A stretch of 43,455 nucleotides of DNA, taken from the NCBI GenBank assembly GCA_964608055.1, contig CAZSMJ010000004.1:1-43455 (forward strand), written 5' to 3'. This DNA comes from an uncultured Acidimicrobiaceae bacterium (lineage in GTDB: Bacteria; Actinomycetota; Acidimicrobiia; Spongiisociales; ZC4RG35). Of this stretch, positions 1 through 8,303 are shown piece by piece. The notes beneath the pieces are model-generated. The model ran no database searches. It saw only the letters and a list, made by a program, of their open reading frames with translations, and was not told the DNA's origin. Every line of letters begins with the position of its first letter. The first letter of the stretch is position 1. The position numbers and the translations under genes were made by a program.

Positions 1-1
1 C

Positions 2-508
2 GAGAGACGTGCTCTCGCTTTGGTGGCGATCTGCCAGGACTCGCTCTACAACACCGACACGCCCCAGAGTTCGCCACCAGTCGAGGTGACAGTGACGGTC
101 GATGCCCGAACTGGTGCCGCCAATGGTGATGAGACCGGGGTCGCGGTTCTCGCCGGGCCCCGCATCGGCCCGCGGGCTCTCCATGAGATCTTCTGCAACG
201 GCATCGTCGAGGTTGTGGGCATCGCCGAGGACGGCACTCCACTCAGCCTGGGACGGAGATCGCGCACTGTCAGAGGGAGGCTGCGACGTTTCGTCCTGGC
301 CCGAGATATGGGTTGCACGGCCGAGGGCTGCTCATCTCGATACCGGCTCGAAGTCCACCACTGCAGGCTCTGGTCTCACGGCGGCGCCACCGATGCCGAC
401 AGTCTGGTCACGCTGTGTTGGTTCCATCATCATGTAGCTGTGCATCGAGAGGGCCTCGAGCTCATTCGAATCGGCCAGTCGCGGGTCAGGTTGAAACGAC
501 CTAGCTAG
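2..508 (+). CDS. DUF222/HNH endonuclease-like protein (13E12-repeat type), 5'-truncated by the window edge
   Basis: Frame is open from base 2 (ERRALALVAIC...). C-terminus has RDMGCTAEGC...LEVHH...WSHGGATD..SLVTLCWFHHH, the actinobacterial DUF222-HNH signature. Confidence 0.8.
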   Translation, partial: ERRALALVAICQDSLYNTDTPQSSPPVEVTVTVDARTGAANGDETGVAVLAGPRIGPRALHEIFCNGIVEVVGIAEDGTPLSLGRRSRTVRGRLRRFVLARDMGCTAEGCSSRYRLEVHHCRLWSHGGATDADSLVTLCWFHHHVAVHREGLELIRIGQSRVRLKRPS

Positions 509-926
509 GGGTGGGTTCTTCTCCGCCACCCCGGCCGCTACCCGAGTTCTCCAGGTATTCCTTGGCAAGTCGCTTCGGGGCGCGGTCGAGCCAAGCTTCG
601 ATCATGATTTCTTCGAGCTCATCGACCGAGATCTCCTCGAGACGGATGAGGATTGATGGATACCCGTCGAAATGCGGCGTTGTGAAATACACGCCGGGAT
701 CATCCGTCAGCAACGCTTCCTTTGCACCGAGATCAGGAACCCGGGCAGCCAGGATCGGCCCATCCGGGGCCTCGTCGCCCAACGCCTGGTAGTCCGCGCG
801 TCGTAAAGGCCTTTCCCAGACGAACAACTTGTCCTTGACCTTCCAGTGACTGGCATCTGGCGATGGGTGCTCAGCCGTCCCGGGAAGCTCCAAGGCGATC
901 CTGCGCACATCCTCCCAACTGGCCAA
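501..926 (-). CDS. MmcQ/YjbR family DNA-binding protein
   Basis: SWEDVRRIALELP, WKVKDKLF, YFTTPHFDGYPSILIRL and EAWLDRAPKRL motifs. TTG start lies 1 nt after the upstream stop. Confidence 0.85.
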   Translation of the reverse strand: MASWEDVRRIALELPGTAEHPSPDASHWKVKDKLFVWERPLRRADYQALGDEAPDGPILAARVPDLGAKEALLTDDPGVYFTTPHFDGYPSILIRLEEISVDELEEIMIEAWLDRAPKRLAKEYLENSGSGRGGGEEPTPS

Positions 927-927
927 T

Positions 928-1320
928 TCAGCCCTCGAGGATCCCGGGATCGGCTGGGACGTCCACGGAGTGCTGCCTTAGGACCTCTAGTGGGATGAGC
1001 TCAAGCGCCCGTTCATGAGTCGAAGCCATGATCACCGGGGCCGCCACCCCGTCGTGATGAGCCCGCAGCCAGTTCGCCGCGGTCACACACCATCGGTCGC
1101 CGGGCATCAATCCGGGGAACTGATACCCGGGCATCGGGGTGCTGAGGTCGTTGCCGATGCTGTGTTGATGATCGAGGAACTCTGAGGTCACCACGGCGCA
1201 AATGGTGTGACTGCCGAAGTCCTCCGGACCGGTGGCGCAGGACCCGTCCCGATAAAAGCCGGTGAGCGGATCGATGCCGCAGGGCTCCAGGTCGCCCCCC
1301 AGTACGTTTCGATCACTCAC
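928..1320 (-). CDS. DUF2237 family protein
   Basis: RNVLGGDLEPC..DPLTGFYRDGSC, GNDLSTP, PGDRWCV and STHERAL motifs. Confidence 0.9.
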   Translation of the reverse strand: MSDRNVLGGDLEPCGIDPLTGFYRDGSCATGPEDFGSHTICAVVTSEFLDHQHSIGNDLSTPMPGYQFPGLMPGDRWCVTAANWLRAHHDGVAAPVIMASTHERALELIPLEVLRQHSVDVPADPGILEG

Positions 1321-1358
1321 CGGCTTCAGTATCGCGTTGTGGGGCCTGCGCTGGGTCC

Positions 1359-2399
1359 TTATCTGGTCAGCACGACCTTGAGAGCACCGGTCTCACTGGC
1401 CCGGCCGAAGACGTCGTAGGCCTCTTCGAACTGCTCCATGTTGAACGTGTGCGTCACCAGAGGAGCCGGGTTGATCATCCCGCTCTGAATCAGACGGATC
1501 AGGGTCGGCGTGGAGTAGGTGTCCACCAGCCCGGTGGTGATGGTCACGTTCTTGATCCACAACTCTTCGAGGTGCAATGTGACCGGCTCGCCGTGGACCC
1601 CAATGTTGGCGACCCTGCCCCCAGGGCGAACCAGGGCAGCCGCCATCTCGAACGTGGCGGGCACGCCCACCGCTTCCACCGACACATCGGCGCCGAGGCC
1701 GTCGGTCATCTCCTTGACGATCTTGACCGCGTCCTCGCGTCCGTTGTTGATCGTGATGTCCGCTCCGAACTGCTTGGCGGCCTCGAGTCGGCTGTCGGCC
1801 AGGTCGATCGCGATGATGTGGCTGGGGCTGTAGAGCTTGGCTCCCAGGATGGCGGCGAGCCCGATGGGCCCTGCACCGACCACTGCGACCACATCGCCAG
1901 GTTCGACTTTGCCATTCAGCACGCCCACCTCGTATCCGGTGGGGAGAATGTCGGCCATCATCAGGATGTGCTCATCGCTGACGCCGGCGGGCACCGGGTA
2001 GGTGGAGGTGTCGGCAAACGGGACCCTCACGTATTCGGCTTGGGTGCCGTCGATCTTGTGCCCGAGGATCCACCCTCCGCCGCCGAGGCACTGCCCATAC
2101 CGGCCTTCGCGGCAGTAGCGGCAGGACCCGCAAGCGGTGATGCATGAAATCAGGATCCGGTCTCCTGCTTTCACAGTTTTGACTCCGGTACCCACCTCTT
2201 CGACCGTCCCTACCGCTTCGTGGCCGAGGATGCGGCCGTCGGTGACGGCGGGAACGTCGCCTTTGAGAATGTGGAGGTCGGTGCCACAGATGGTTGCCGC
2301 GTCGACTCGGACGATGGCGTCGGTGTCTTCGATGATGACCGGTTTTGCCACTTCCTCCCAGGACTTCTTGGTGGGACCGTGGTAGACGATGGCCTTCAT
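1359..2399 (-). CDS. Zinc-dependent alcohol dehydrogenase (MDR family)
   Basis: CGTDLH, GHEAVG, structural Zn CGSCRYC..C and GAGPIG. Start trimmed to MKAIVYHG, which follows the SD AAGGAGG. Confidence 0.93.
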   Translation of the reverse strand: MKAIVYHGPTKKSWEEVAKPVIIEDTDAIVRVDAATICGTDLHILKGDVPAVTDGRILGHEAVGTVEEVGTGVKTVKAGDRILISCITACGSCRYCREGRYGQCLGGGGWILGHKIDGTQAEYVRVPFADTSTYPVPAGVSDEHILMMADILPTGYEVGVLNGKVEPGDVVAVVGAGPIGLAAILGAKLYSPSHIIAIDLADSRLEAAKQFGADITINNGREDAVKIVKEMTDGLGADVSVEAVGVPATFEMAAALVRPGGRVANIGVHGEPVTLHLEELWIKNVTITTGLVDTYSTPTLIRLIQSGMINPAPLVTHTFNMEQFEEAYDVFGRASETGALKVVLTR

Positions 2400-2468
2400 G
2401 ATTGCCTCCTTCGAAAGGCTGGCTGTTGCAAGTACCACGACCGTACGTGCCGAACGGGAGACGCTTGT

Positions 2469-2484
2469 AGGGCCGAACGTCCCG
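2469..2484. promoter_or_regulatory. DosR/OsdR-type response-regulator box (putative)
   Basis: AGGGCCGAACGTCCCG fits the GGGNC-N4-GNCCC pattern and lies about 70 nt upstream of the ADH start. Confidence 0.5.
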
Positions 2485-2496
2485 ATCCTGGGTTAT

Positions 2497-3096
2497 TCAG
2501 CCCCTACAGGCGAAGGTGTCCCAGCCGCCACCGTCATACACGGCCCATGCCGCCGCCGCAGTTGATGCAACGGGATCGGTGGGTTGTGCCCCAGGGAACC
2601 CGGCCTCCGAGGCTCGTTCCTCCCAATATTGGGGCAAATGTTGGAAAAGCCCGACGGCCCCGGTCCGCAGATTTGTCGAGTTGGGGTCGAATCTCGACTC
2701 ACACCACGCCACTCGCACCGCCTTGTTGACATCCTCGGCGGCGAAATAGCGGGAAACCAGGGCCCGGACCTGAACTTGGGACAGCCACCCAGATGTCTCA
2801 GAGACCATGGACCCTGTTGACGGCTCTGCCGTAGAGGAATCGCTCAGGTCTGAAGCCTGCTCCGCGTCTTCGGCCTCGGACTGGGCGGTCGCCGAGAGCT
2901 CGGCGGGCTCACCGGCGAGGAGTGCGAAAGTGAGCCCTGCATAAGCCCCGGTGGTGTGACCCAAGCTGGCGGCGGCAGCCTCGGTCTCGAGTTCGTCGAC
3001 GGTCGGATCAGGAGTGTCGAACGCGGCAAAGCCAGCCATCGCCAAAAGGGCCACCGCCGCCCACCCGGCCACGAAAGACAGGCGTCTCAAACGCAT
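2497..3096 (-). CDS. Secreted lytic transglycosylase (SLT/lysozyme-like) domain protein
   Basis: Signal peptide MRLRRLSFVAGWAAVALLAM, a low-complexity linker, then CESRFDPNSTN...GAVGLFQH with the catalytic ES and GLFQ motifs. Confidence 0.8.
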   Translation of the reverse strand: MRLRRLSFVAGWAAVALLAMAGFAAFDTPDPTVDELETEAAAASLGHTTGAYAGLTFALLAGEPAELSATAQSEAEDAEQASDLSDSSTAEPSTGSMVSETSGWLSQVQVRALVSRYFAAEDVNKAVRVAWCESRFDPNSTNLRTGAVGLFQHLPQYWEERASEAGFPGAQPTDPVASTAAAAWAVYDGGGWDTFACRG

Positions 3097-3155
3097 ATGA
3101 AGTGACTCCGCCAGCGGCTTCGAATGCCGCCCAATGAAAGGCAACCCTACCCAGT

Positions 3156-3164
3156 TGTGGATAA
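3156..3164 (-). promoter_or_regulatory. Perfect DnaA box TTATCCACA (function uncertain)
   Basis: TGTGGATAA on the + strand, in the intergenic region upstream of the SLT gene. Confidence 0.35.
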
Positions 3165-3184
3165 GTGCGACAACTCGGATTTGG

Positions 3185-4285
3185 TCAGTTTTCGGCATTT
3201 TCCAAGGCCGCGAAAACCATCGACCAGTGTTCTCGCGTCGGATCCAGCAAATCGAAATGACCGAGAGTGGGAAAGACCTCGAGGCGTGCAGTGTCGGCGA
3301 GGCGGGTGCTCTGAGAAACGGGCACCAGCTCGTCGTCCTCGCCATGCACCAGAAGCGTCGATGGCGGGGCCTCGAGAGTCGGGGGTGCTCCCGAAACAAG
3401 GAGCCGTTTCGCCTCGCTGCTGCCCGGGCCATCGGACGCAGCCAGCGCAGCGAGGTCGGTGACCGCGGCGAGACCGACCTTGAGCCCGACCGTCTCGGTG
3501 GGTGGCCGATTGGCGGCCCACAGCGCGAGATGACCGCCTGCCGAGTGCCCGATCACCGCCGGAGCGACCGTATCCACCTCGGGCGCCTTGCGGATGTAGT
3601 CGACGGCGAGCCTCACGTCTTGCCCCGACCCCGGCCAGCCGCCGCCTCCTCCCAGACGCCGATACTCGATGTTCCAGGTGGCCCAACCTCGCTTGGTCAG
3701 GTCGACAGCCAGCGTCTCCATGGAATCCCTCTCGTACTGCTGCCGCCAGAACCCGCCATGGACCAGGACCGCCAACCCTCGGATCCCCGACGAGGCGAGG
3801 CGGAGATCGCCGACATTGTCAGGGTGGGGCCCGTAGCGAAGCGTCTCGAAGGTCATCGTCGCCCGATTCACCAGATGTCGGATGGCATCCCGATACCCAC
3901 CGGTGCCACGTCCATAGATGGTGCGCACGCAGGCCGGCGCCACGAGTGAGACCGCTCGCCAGGATTCCCTTTCCATGACATTCGAGATGTGCACCTCGAC
4001 CGCGGGGGTGGCAACGGAGTGAAGGGCGTCGCCGAGTGCCCGGGAGGTGTGGGTGAGGGCACCCGCGTTGATGATGATCCCGTCAGCTCCGGCCGCCTGG
4101 TGAATGGCCTCCACTAGTTCACCTTCGTGGTTCGACTGGAGGAAGGAGGCCTCCACGCCGAGAGAACCTGCCCATTCTGAGATCTGGCGCTCCAAGTCCT
4201 CGAGCGTGGTCGACCCGTAGACCTCAGGCTCACGGCTCCCCAGCAGGTTCAGATTGGGGCCGTTGAGGACGACGACTCGCATCAT
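3185..4285 (-). CDS. aroQ: Type II 3-dehydroquinate dehydratase fused to a C-terminal alpha/beta-hydrolase
   Basis: N-terminus: LNGPNLNLLGSREPEVYG, QSNHEGELV, INAGALTHTS, EVHISN. C-terminus: HGGFW, NIEYRR, GHSAGG, HGEDD, GHFD. Confidence 0.88.
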   Translation of the reverse strand: MMRVVVLNGPNLNLLGSREPEVYGSTTLEDLERQISEWAGSLGVEASFLQSNHEGELVEAIHQAAGADGIIINAGALTHTSRALGDALHSVATPAVEVHISNVMERESWRAVSLVAPACVRTIYGRGTGGYRDAIRHLVNRATMTFETLRYGPHPDNVGDLRLASSGIRGLAVLVHGGFWRQQYERDSMETLAVDLTKRGWATWNIEYRRLGGGGGWPGSGQDVRLAVDYIRKAPEVDTVAPAVIGHSAGGHLALWAANRPPTETVGLKVGLAAVTDLAALAASDGPGSSEAKRLLVSGAPPTLEAPPSTLLVHGEDDELVPVSQSTRLADTARLEVFPTLGHFDLLDPTREHWSMVFAALENAEN

Positions 4286-5037
4286 GCGACCATGGGCAGG
4301 TGTTCGGGGATGAGGCTGCGAGCTTCATCGACCACGGTTGGCGGCAATCGCCCAGGCTCGAGGTCGTAGACCCCAGACATGATCTTCACGATCGCCTTGA
4401 TCACCTTGGAGTTGTCGAGGCCAGGGGATCGGTCGGCGAGGGCCCCCGAAGTCCTCGGGTCCCAATCGAGGTGAAGCGCGCGATTCACCGGGATAAGCAC
4501 ATCACGGATGCTCTCCCCGTCGTCGACGACTACGACGCCACCGATGTGGGCGGCGCCCCGAACCAGGCGTTGTCCGACACCCATCACCTTTACCCGGCCG
4601 CCTACGTTCACCGACCACGAGCCGGGGCAGTATTCGCCGGGCACCTCACCGATTCGGGCATCGATGCCGAGTGTCTGAAACGCCTTCACCATGACGGTGG
4701 AGATCATCTCGAATCGGTGGCGAATGCCGGTGCGGGGATCCTGGTCGGGCAGTGCGATCGAGAATGCAAGCGTGGAGCCGTGGAACACTGCGGCCCGCCC
4801 CCCGGCAAGTCGCTCGACCGCGGCAAACTCGTGGGCGTGGGCCGCCCTGACCGCCAGGCGATATCCCGGCTGGACCCGATCGGCGCGGCCGAAGGCGACC
4901 ACCCGTCCCGGGACGTGAAGACGGAACACGCCGCCGATTTCGCCACGAGCCACGGCAGACAATGTCGCATGGCTGACCGCCACATCCATGGCCGGATGGT
5001 TCGGATACGAGTCCTCGACCAGCAGCAGTTCTTGCAC
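4282..5037 (-). CDS. Lipoate-protein ligase A family (BPL/LplA) protein
   Basis: ERLAGGRAAVFH, GEVPGEYCPG and KVMGVGQR motifs. ATGA overlap with aroQ. GTG start sits 7 nt after a TATCCT hexamer. Confidence 0.82.
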   Translation of the reverse strand: MQELLLVEDSYPNHPAMDVAVSHATLSAVARGEIGGVFRLHVPGRVVAFGRADRVQPGYRLAVRAAHAHEFAAVERLAGGRAAVFHGSTLAFSIALPDQDPRTGIRHRFEMISTVMVKAFQTLGIDARIGEVPGEYCPGSWSVNVGGRVKVMGVGQRLVRGAAHIGGVVVVDDGESIRDVLIPVNRALHLDWDPRTSGALADRSPGLDNSKVIKAIVKIMSGVYDLEPGRLPPTVVDEARSLIPEHLPMVA

Positions 5038-5154
5038 ACCCAGGAGGATAAGGAGTCGACTGTTACCGTTTGAGTAACCGCGCCGTATCGGGAACGTCGA
5101 AGGCCGGTTCACCCGTTGATTCTGCGGGTGACGGGGCAATCGAAAGGAGGGTGC

Positions 5155-5916
5155 GTGCGAAAGGCGTCTCGTGTGACTGCGTTGCTCGCAGCGGCCACGA
5201 TGCTGCTCGCGTGCGGGGAAGCCCCCTTTGCCGCCTTGGGTCGTCGCAGCTCCGAATGGATTTCCGAGCCCACGATCATCACCACCACCACTGTGCCGAT
5301 CACGGTTCCATCGGTGGTCGGCTCGGACATCCTGAAATGGTTCAACGACACCATTGTCACCACGGCCCCACTCGACGATCCGGTCGCCGTGGAAGACGAG
5401 ATATTCGATCGCCGGGCGGGCGACCTCTTCATACAGGCCAGCCGCGCCGAGGTCATCTCCCTGTTGCCGGAGCTCAGATTTCCCGCCACCGCGCCATTTC
5501 TCGCGGAATACGTGACCTCACAGGTGGTCTTCGACAACAACGGGGAGCTGTCACACGATCCCGTCGCCACCTTCGGCATCTGGTCTTCGGAGCCATACAC
5601 CCGGTCCCGCACAGTGGCGCAGATGGCGGTGCTGGAGGTGGCTTCCGACCCCGAGGCCTCGGCGGCCCTCGAGCAGCCCGATGCCGATCTCTCTTGCGCC
5701 CGCTTTGCTGATCGCACGACTTTGGTCTGTGAGAGCTTCTCTATCGAAGGCAGGCCGTTCTGGTCTCTCACCGCGGACAACGGAACGACGCTGGTGTGGT
5801 TCGAAGGCATCTATCGGTACGAGCTTTTCGGCCGGACGTTCGTCCCGATGTCCACGCTGCAGGAGATGGCGGTCGCCTCCATCCTTCTCGCCGAGCTAAG
5901 GCCACTCTCGGGATAA
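5155..5916 (+). CDS. Hypothetical lipoprotein
   Basis: SD AAAGGAGG before GTG, lipobox-like LLAC and a Thr-rich linker. No family recognised. Confidence 0.7.
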   Translation: MRKASRVTALLAAATMLLACGEAPFAALGRRSSEWISEPTIITTTTVPITVPSVVGSDILKWFNDTIVTTAPLDDPVAVEDEIFDRRAGDLFIQASRAEVISLLPELRFPATAPFLAEYVTSQVVFDNNGELSHDPVATFGIWSSEPYTRSRTVAQMAVLEVASDPEASAALEQPDADLSCARFADRTTLVCESFSIEGRPFWSLTADNGTTLVWFEGIYRYELFGRTFVPMSTLQEMAVASILLAELRPLSG

Positions 5917-5947
5917 CCTCGAAACTCCTGACCCAGGAGGGCGCAGC

Positions 5948-7840
5948 ATCTTTCATTCCGGTGGCTGGTGGAGCTATCTGCAATATGACGAGGAGCAGGA
6001 CCGTCCCAATATCGATCGGGACCTGCTGCGTCGTGTCTGGACCTATGGGCGTCCCTACCTGCGCGGTCTCATCGGGATCCTGGTCACCATTTTCATCATC
6101 TCCGGTCTTGGGGTCGTCCCGGCCAACTTGATCAGGCTTCTGCTCGACGAGGCCTTACCCAACAAGGACGTCCGTCAATTGACCATCCTCGGTTTGGGGA
6201 TGATCTCGGTCCCCCTGGTCAGTGCCTTGGTGGGAGTGGCCCAGCGCTGGTGGTCGTCACGGGTCGGGGAGGGGATCATCTTCGATCTGAGACGGGAACT
6301 GTTCGCCCATCTGCAGCGGATGTCGCTTCGGTTCTTCACCGCGACCCGCACCGGCGAGTTGATGAACCGGCTCAACAATGATGTAGTCGGTTCCCAACAG
6401 GCGATCACCGGGACTCTGGTGACGATCCTTTCCAACGTGGTCTCTGTGGTCTTCATCCTGGTGGTGATGCTCTTGGCAGAGTGGCGATTGACTTTGCTCG
6501 CGGTGGCGGCCCTCCCCCTCTTTGTGATCCCGGCGCGCCGGGTGGCCAAGGTCCTGCGTCGGATCACCCAACAACAGATGGAACACGAGGCCAAGATGTC
6601 GGGGATCCTCCAGGAGAGCTTCAACGTGAGCGGCGCCCTGCTCGTGCGTTTGTTCGGGCGGTGGGACGAGGAGGCGACGAGGTTCGCTGAGGAGGCGGCC
6701 AAGGTCCGGGACATCGGGGTGAGGCGAGCCATGGTGGGCCGAGGATTCTTCGCCGCGCTCGGATTGGTCTCGGCGGTGGGGACCGCGGCCGTCTTCTGGG
6801 TCGGGGGACTGATGGTGATCAACGGGGAGATCAAGGACGGCGTGCTCGTGATGTTCGCCACGCTGCTCGTTCAGCTTTACGGGCCGCTTTCGGCCATCAC
6901 CAACTCCCGGGTCGAATTCGCCTCCTCTCTGGTGTCGTTCGAGCGGGTGTTCGAGGTTCTGGATCTGGAGACCGACATCCCCGACCCGGCAGAGCCCGAG
7001 CCCCTGCTCCCGGCGACCGGTCGCGTGGAACTTCGAGATGTTTCCTTTCGCTATCAGAGCGATGGTCCGGAGGGTTTGGATGCGGTCAGGAGATTCTGGG
7101 ATCACGGTGAGGAGAGCGAACCGATTCCGGCGTCGGCCTCAACCCGGGAGTGGGCTCTCCGTGATGTCAACTTTGTCGCCGAGCCCGGGACCTTGACCGC
7201 ATTGGTCGGGCCGTCGGGTGCGGGCAAGACCACCATCTCCTATCTGGTGCCCCGGCTCTACGACGTGACCGAGGGCGCGGTCCTCATCGACGACCACGAC
7301 GTTCGAAATGTGGCCTTGCGCGAGCTCGCGGCATCGGTGGGAGTGGTCACCCAGGAGACCTATCTCTTCCACGACACGATCGCCGCCAACCTCAGGTATG
7401 CCAAGCCCCAGGCCAGTCTCGAGGAGCTGATCGAGGCCTGTCGCGCGGCCAACATCCACGACATGATCTCCAAGCTCCCGGCGGGCTACGAGACCGTGGT
7501 GGGAGAGCGCGGGTACCGCCTGTCGGGAGGGGAGAAGCAACGGATCGCGATCGCTCGGGTCCTGCTCGAGGACCCCCGGATCCTGATCCTCGACGAGGCG
7601 ACCTCGCATCTCGACTCCCGGTCCGAGGCCCTGATCCAGGAGGCACTCGAGGTGGCGATGGCGGGGAGAACCTCTCTGGTGATCGCCCACCGTCTGTCGA
7701 CAGTTCGCGCCGCTCATCAGATCCTGGTCCTCGATGATGGCGAGATCGTGGAGCGAGGGGATCACGCCACTCTGGTAGCCCTGGGTGGTCTCTACGCCTC
7801 GCTCTATCGGACCCAGTTCACCGAGCCGGCCTCTGCCTGA
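5948..7840 (+). CDS. ABC transporter ATP-binding/permease (exporter); probable ATC start
   Basis: TM domain plus GPSGAGKT, LSGGEKQR and LILDEAT. The frame is open 60 codons upstream of 6128, back to an ATC at 5948 that lies 7 nt after AGGAGG. Confidence 0.9.
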   Translation: MFHSGGWWSYLQYDEEQDRPNIDRDLLRRVWTYGRPYLRGLIGILVTIFIISGLGVVPANLIRLLLDEALPNKDVRQLTILGLGMISVPLVSALVGVAQRWWSSRVGEGIIFDLRRELFAHLQRMSLRFFTATRTGELMNRLNNDVVGSQQAITGTLVTILSNVVSVVFILVVMLLAEWRLTLLAVAALPLFVIPARRVAKVLRRITQQQMEHEAKMSGILQESFNVSGALLVRLFGRWDEEATRFAEEAAKVRDIGVRRAMVGRGFFAALGLVSAVGTAAVFWVGGLMVINGEIKDGVLVMFATLLVQLYGPLSAITNSRVEFASSLVSFERVFEVLDLETDIPDPAEPEPLLPATGRVELRDVSFRYQSDGPEGLDAVRRFWDHGEESEPIPASASTREWALRDVNFVAEPGTLTALVGPSGAGKTTISYLVPRLYDVTEGAVLIDDHDVRNVALRELAASVGVVTQETYLFHDTIAANLRYAKPQASLEELIEACRAANIHDMISKLPAGYETVVGERGYRLSGGEKQRIAIARVLLEDPRILILDEATSHLDSRSEALIQEALEVAMAGRTSLVIAHRLSTVRAAHQILVLDDGEIVERGDHATLVALGGLYASLYRTQFTEPASA

Positions 7841-7841
7841 A

Positions 7842-8213
7842 TCAGGCGCCTCGGGTCAGGTTGTCGATGAGCAGTTGTTGATTGGTGGCGAGCAGCAACG
7901 TCCGGGAGTCGTGTGACAGCCAGAGACTGGGGCCGACCTTGAGCCACACCTGCTTGGGCAACGCATCGAGGTTGCGACGTTTGCGCGCCGACGGCGCCGC
8001 ATAGACGAGCACAGTGGGGGCGGGTGCCGCCAGGGCGTCGAGATGGTCCACCAGGTCGTAGCTCCCGAACAGATAGGCCATGCCCTCCGCTGGGTCGAGG
8101 GGCCCGGTGTCGGAGAACCACTCCACCCGGCCACAGTCGGCACAGGCCGTCACTGCAACCCGACCGATCCAGACCGGCTGGTGTTCGCACTGCTCGGAAC
8201 GATTCGTCTCCAT
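7842..8213 (-). CDS. Hypothetical protein with CxH...CxxC Zn-ribbon-like N-terminus
   Basis: Fills the gap between converging genes. CEH...CADC motif. ATG lies 7 nt after TAGCTT. Confidence 0.65.
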   Translation of the reverse strand: METNRSEQCEHQPVWIGRVAVTACADCGRVEWFSDTGPLDPAEGMAYLFGSYDLVDHLDALAAPAPTVLVYAAPSARKRRNLDALPKQVWLKVGPSLWLSHDSRTLLLATNQQLLIDNLTRGA

Positions 8214-8220
8214 ATGGGAG

Positions 8221-8243
8221 AAGCTACGAAGCGGGTGTGACAA
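8221..8243 (-). promoter_or_regulatory. PafBC/RecA-NDp-type promoter (TTGTCAC-N10-TAGCTT)
   Basis: Matches the TGTCxx-N10-TANNNT architecture, directly before a leaderless ATG. Confidence 0.55.
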
Positions 8244-8266
8244 GAAATCCGGCAGAGCCGGATTTC
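8244..8266 (-). terminator. Perfect 10-bp hairpin, probable terminator of the usp gene
   Basis: GAAATCCGGC-AGA-GCCGGATTTC, about 40 nt downstream of the usp stop. The U-tract is short. Confidence 0.5.
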
Positions 8267-8303
8267 CGCAGTACGCAATACGTTTTGCGTTCGGCCGGCC
8301 CGA

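Noticed and set aside
2497-3432. 311-aa version of the SLT ORF, and the long N-terminal extensions of the LplA, BtpA, ABC ATPase, rnj and cyclophilin ORFs
   Set aside because: The extensions overlap neighbouring genes. Downstream starts fit signal peptides, coupling overlaps, leaderless promoters or domain boundaries better.
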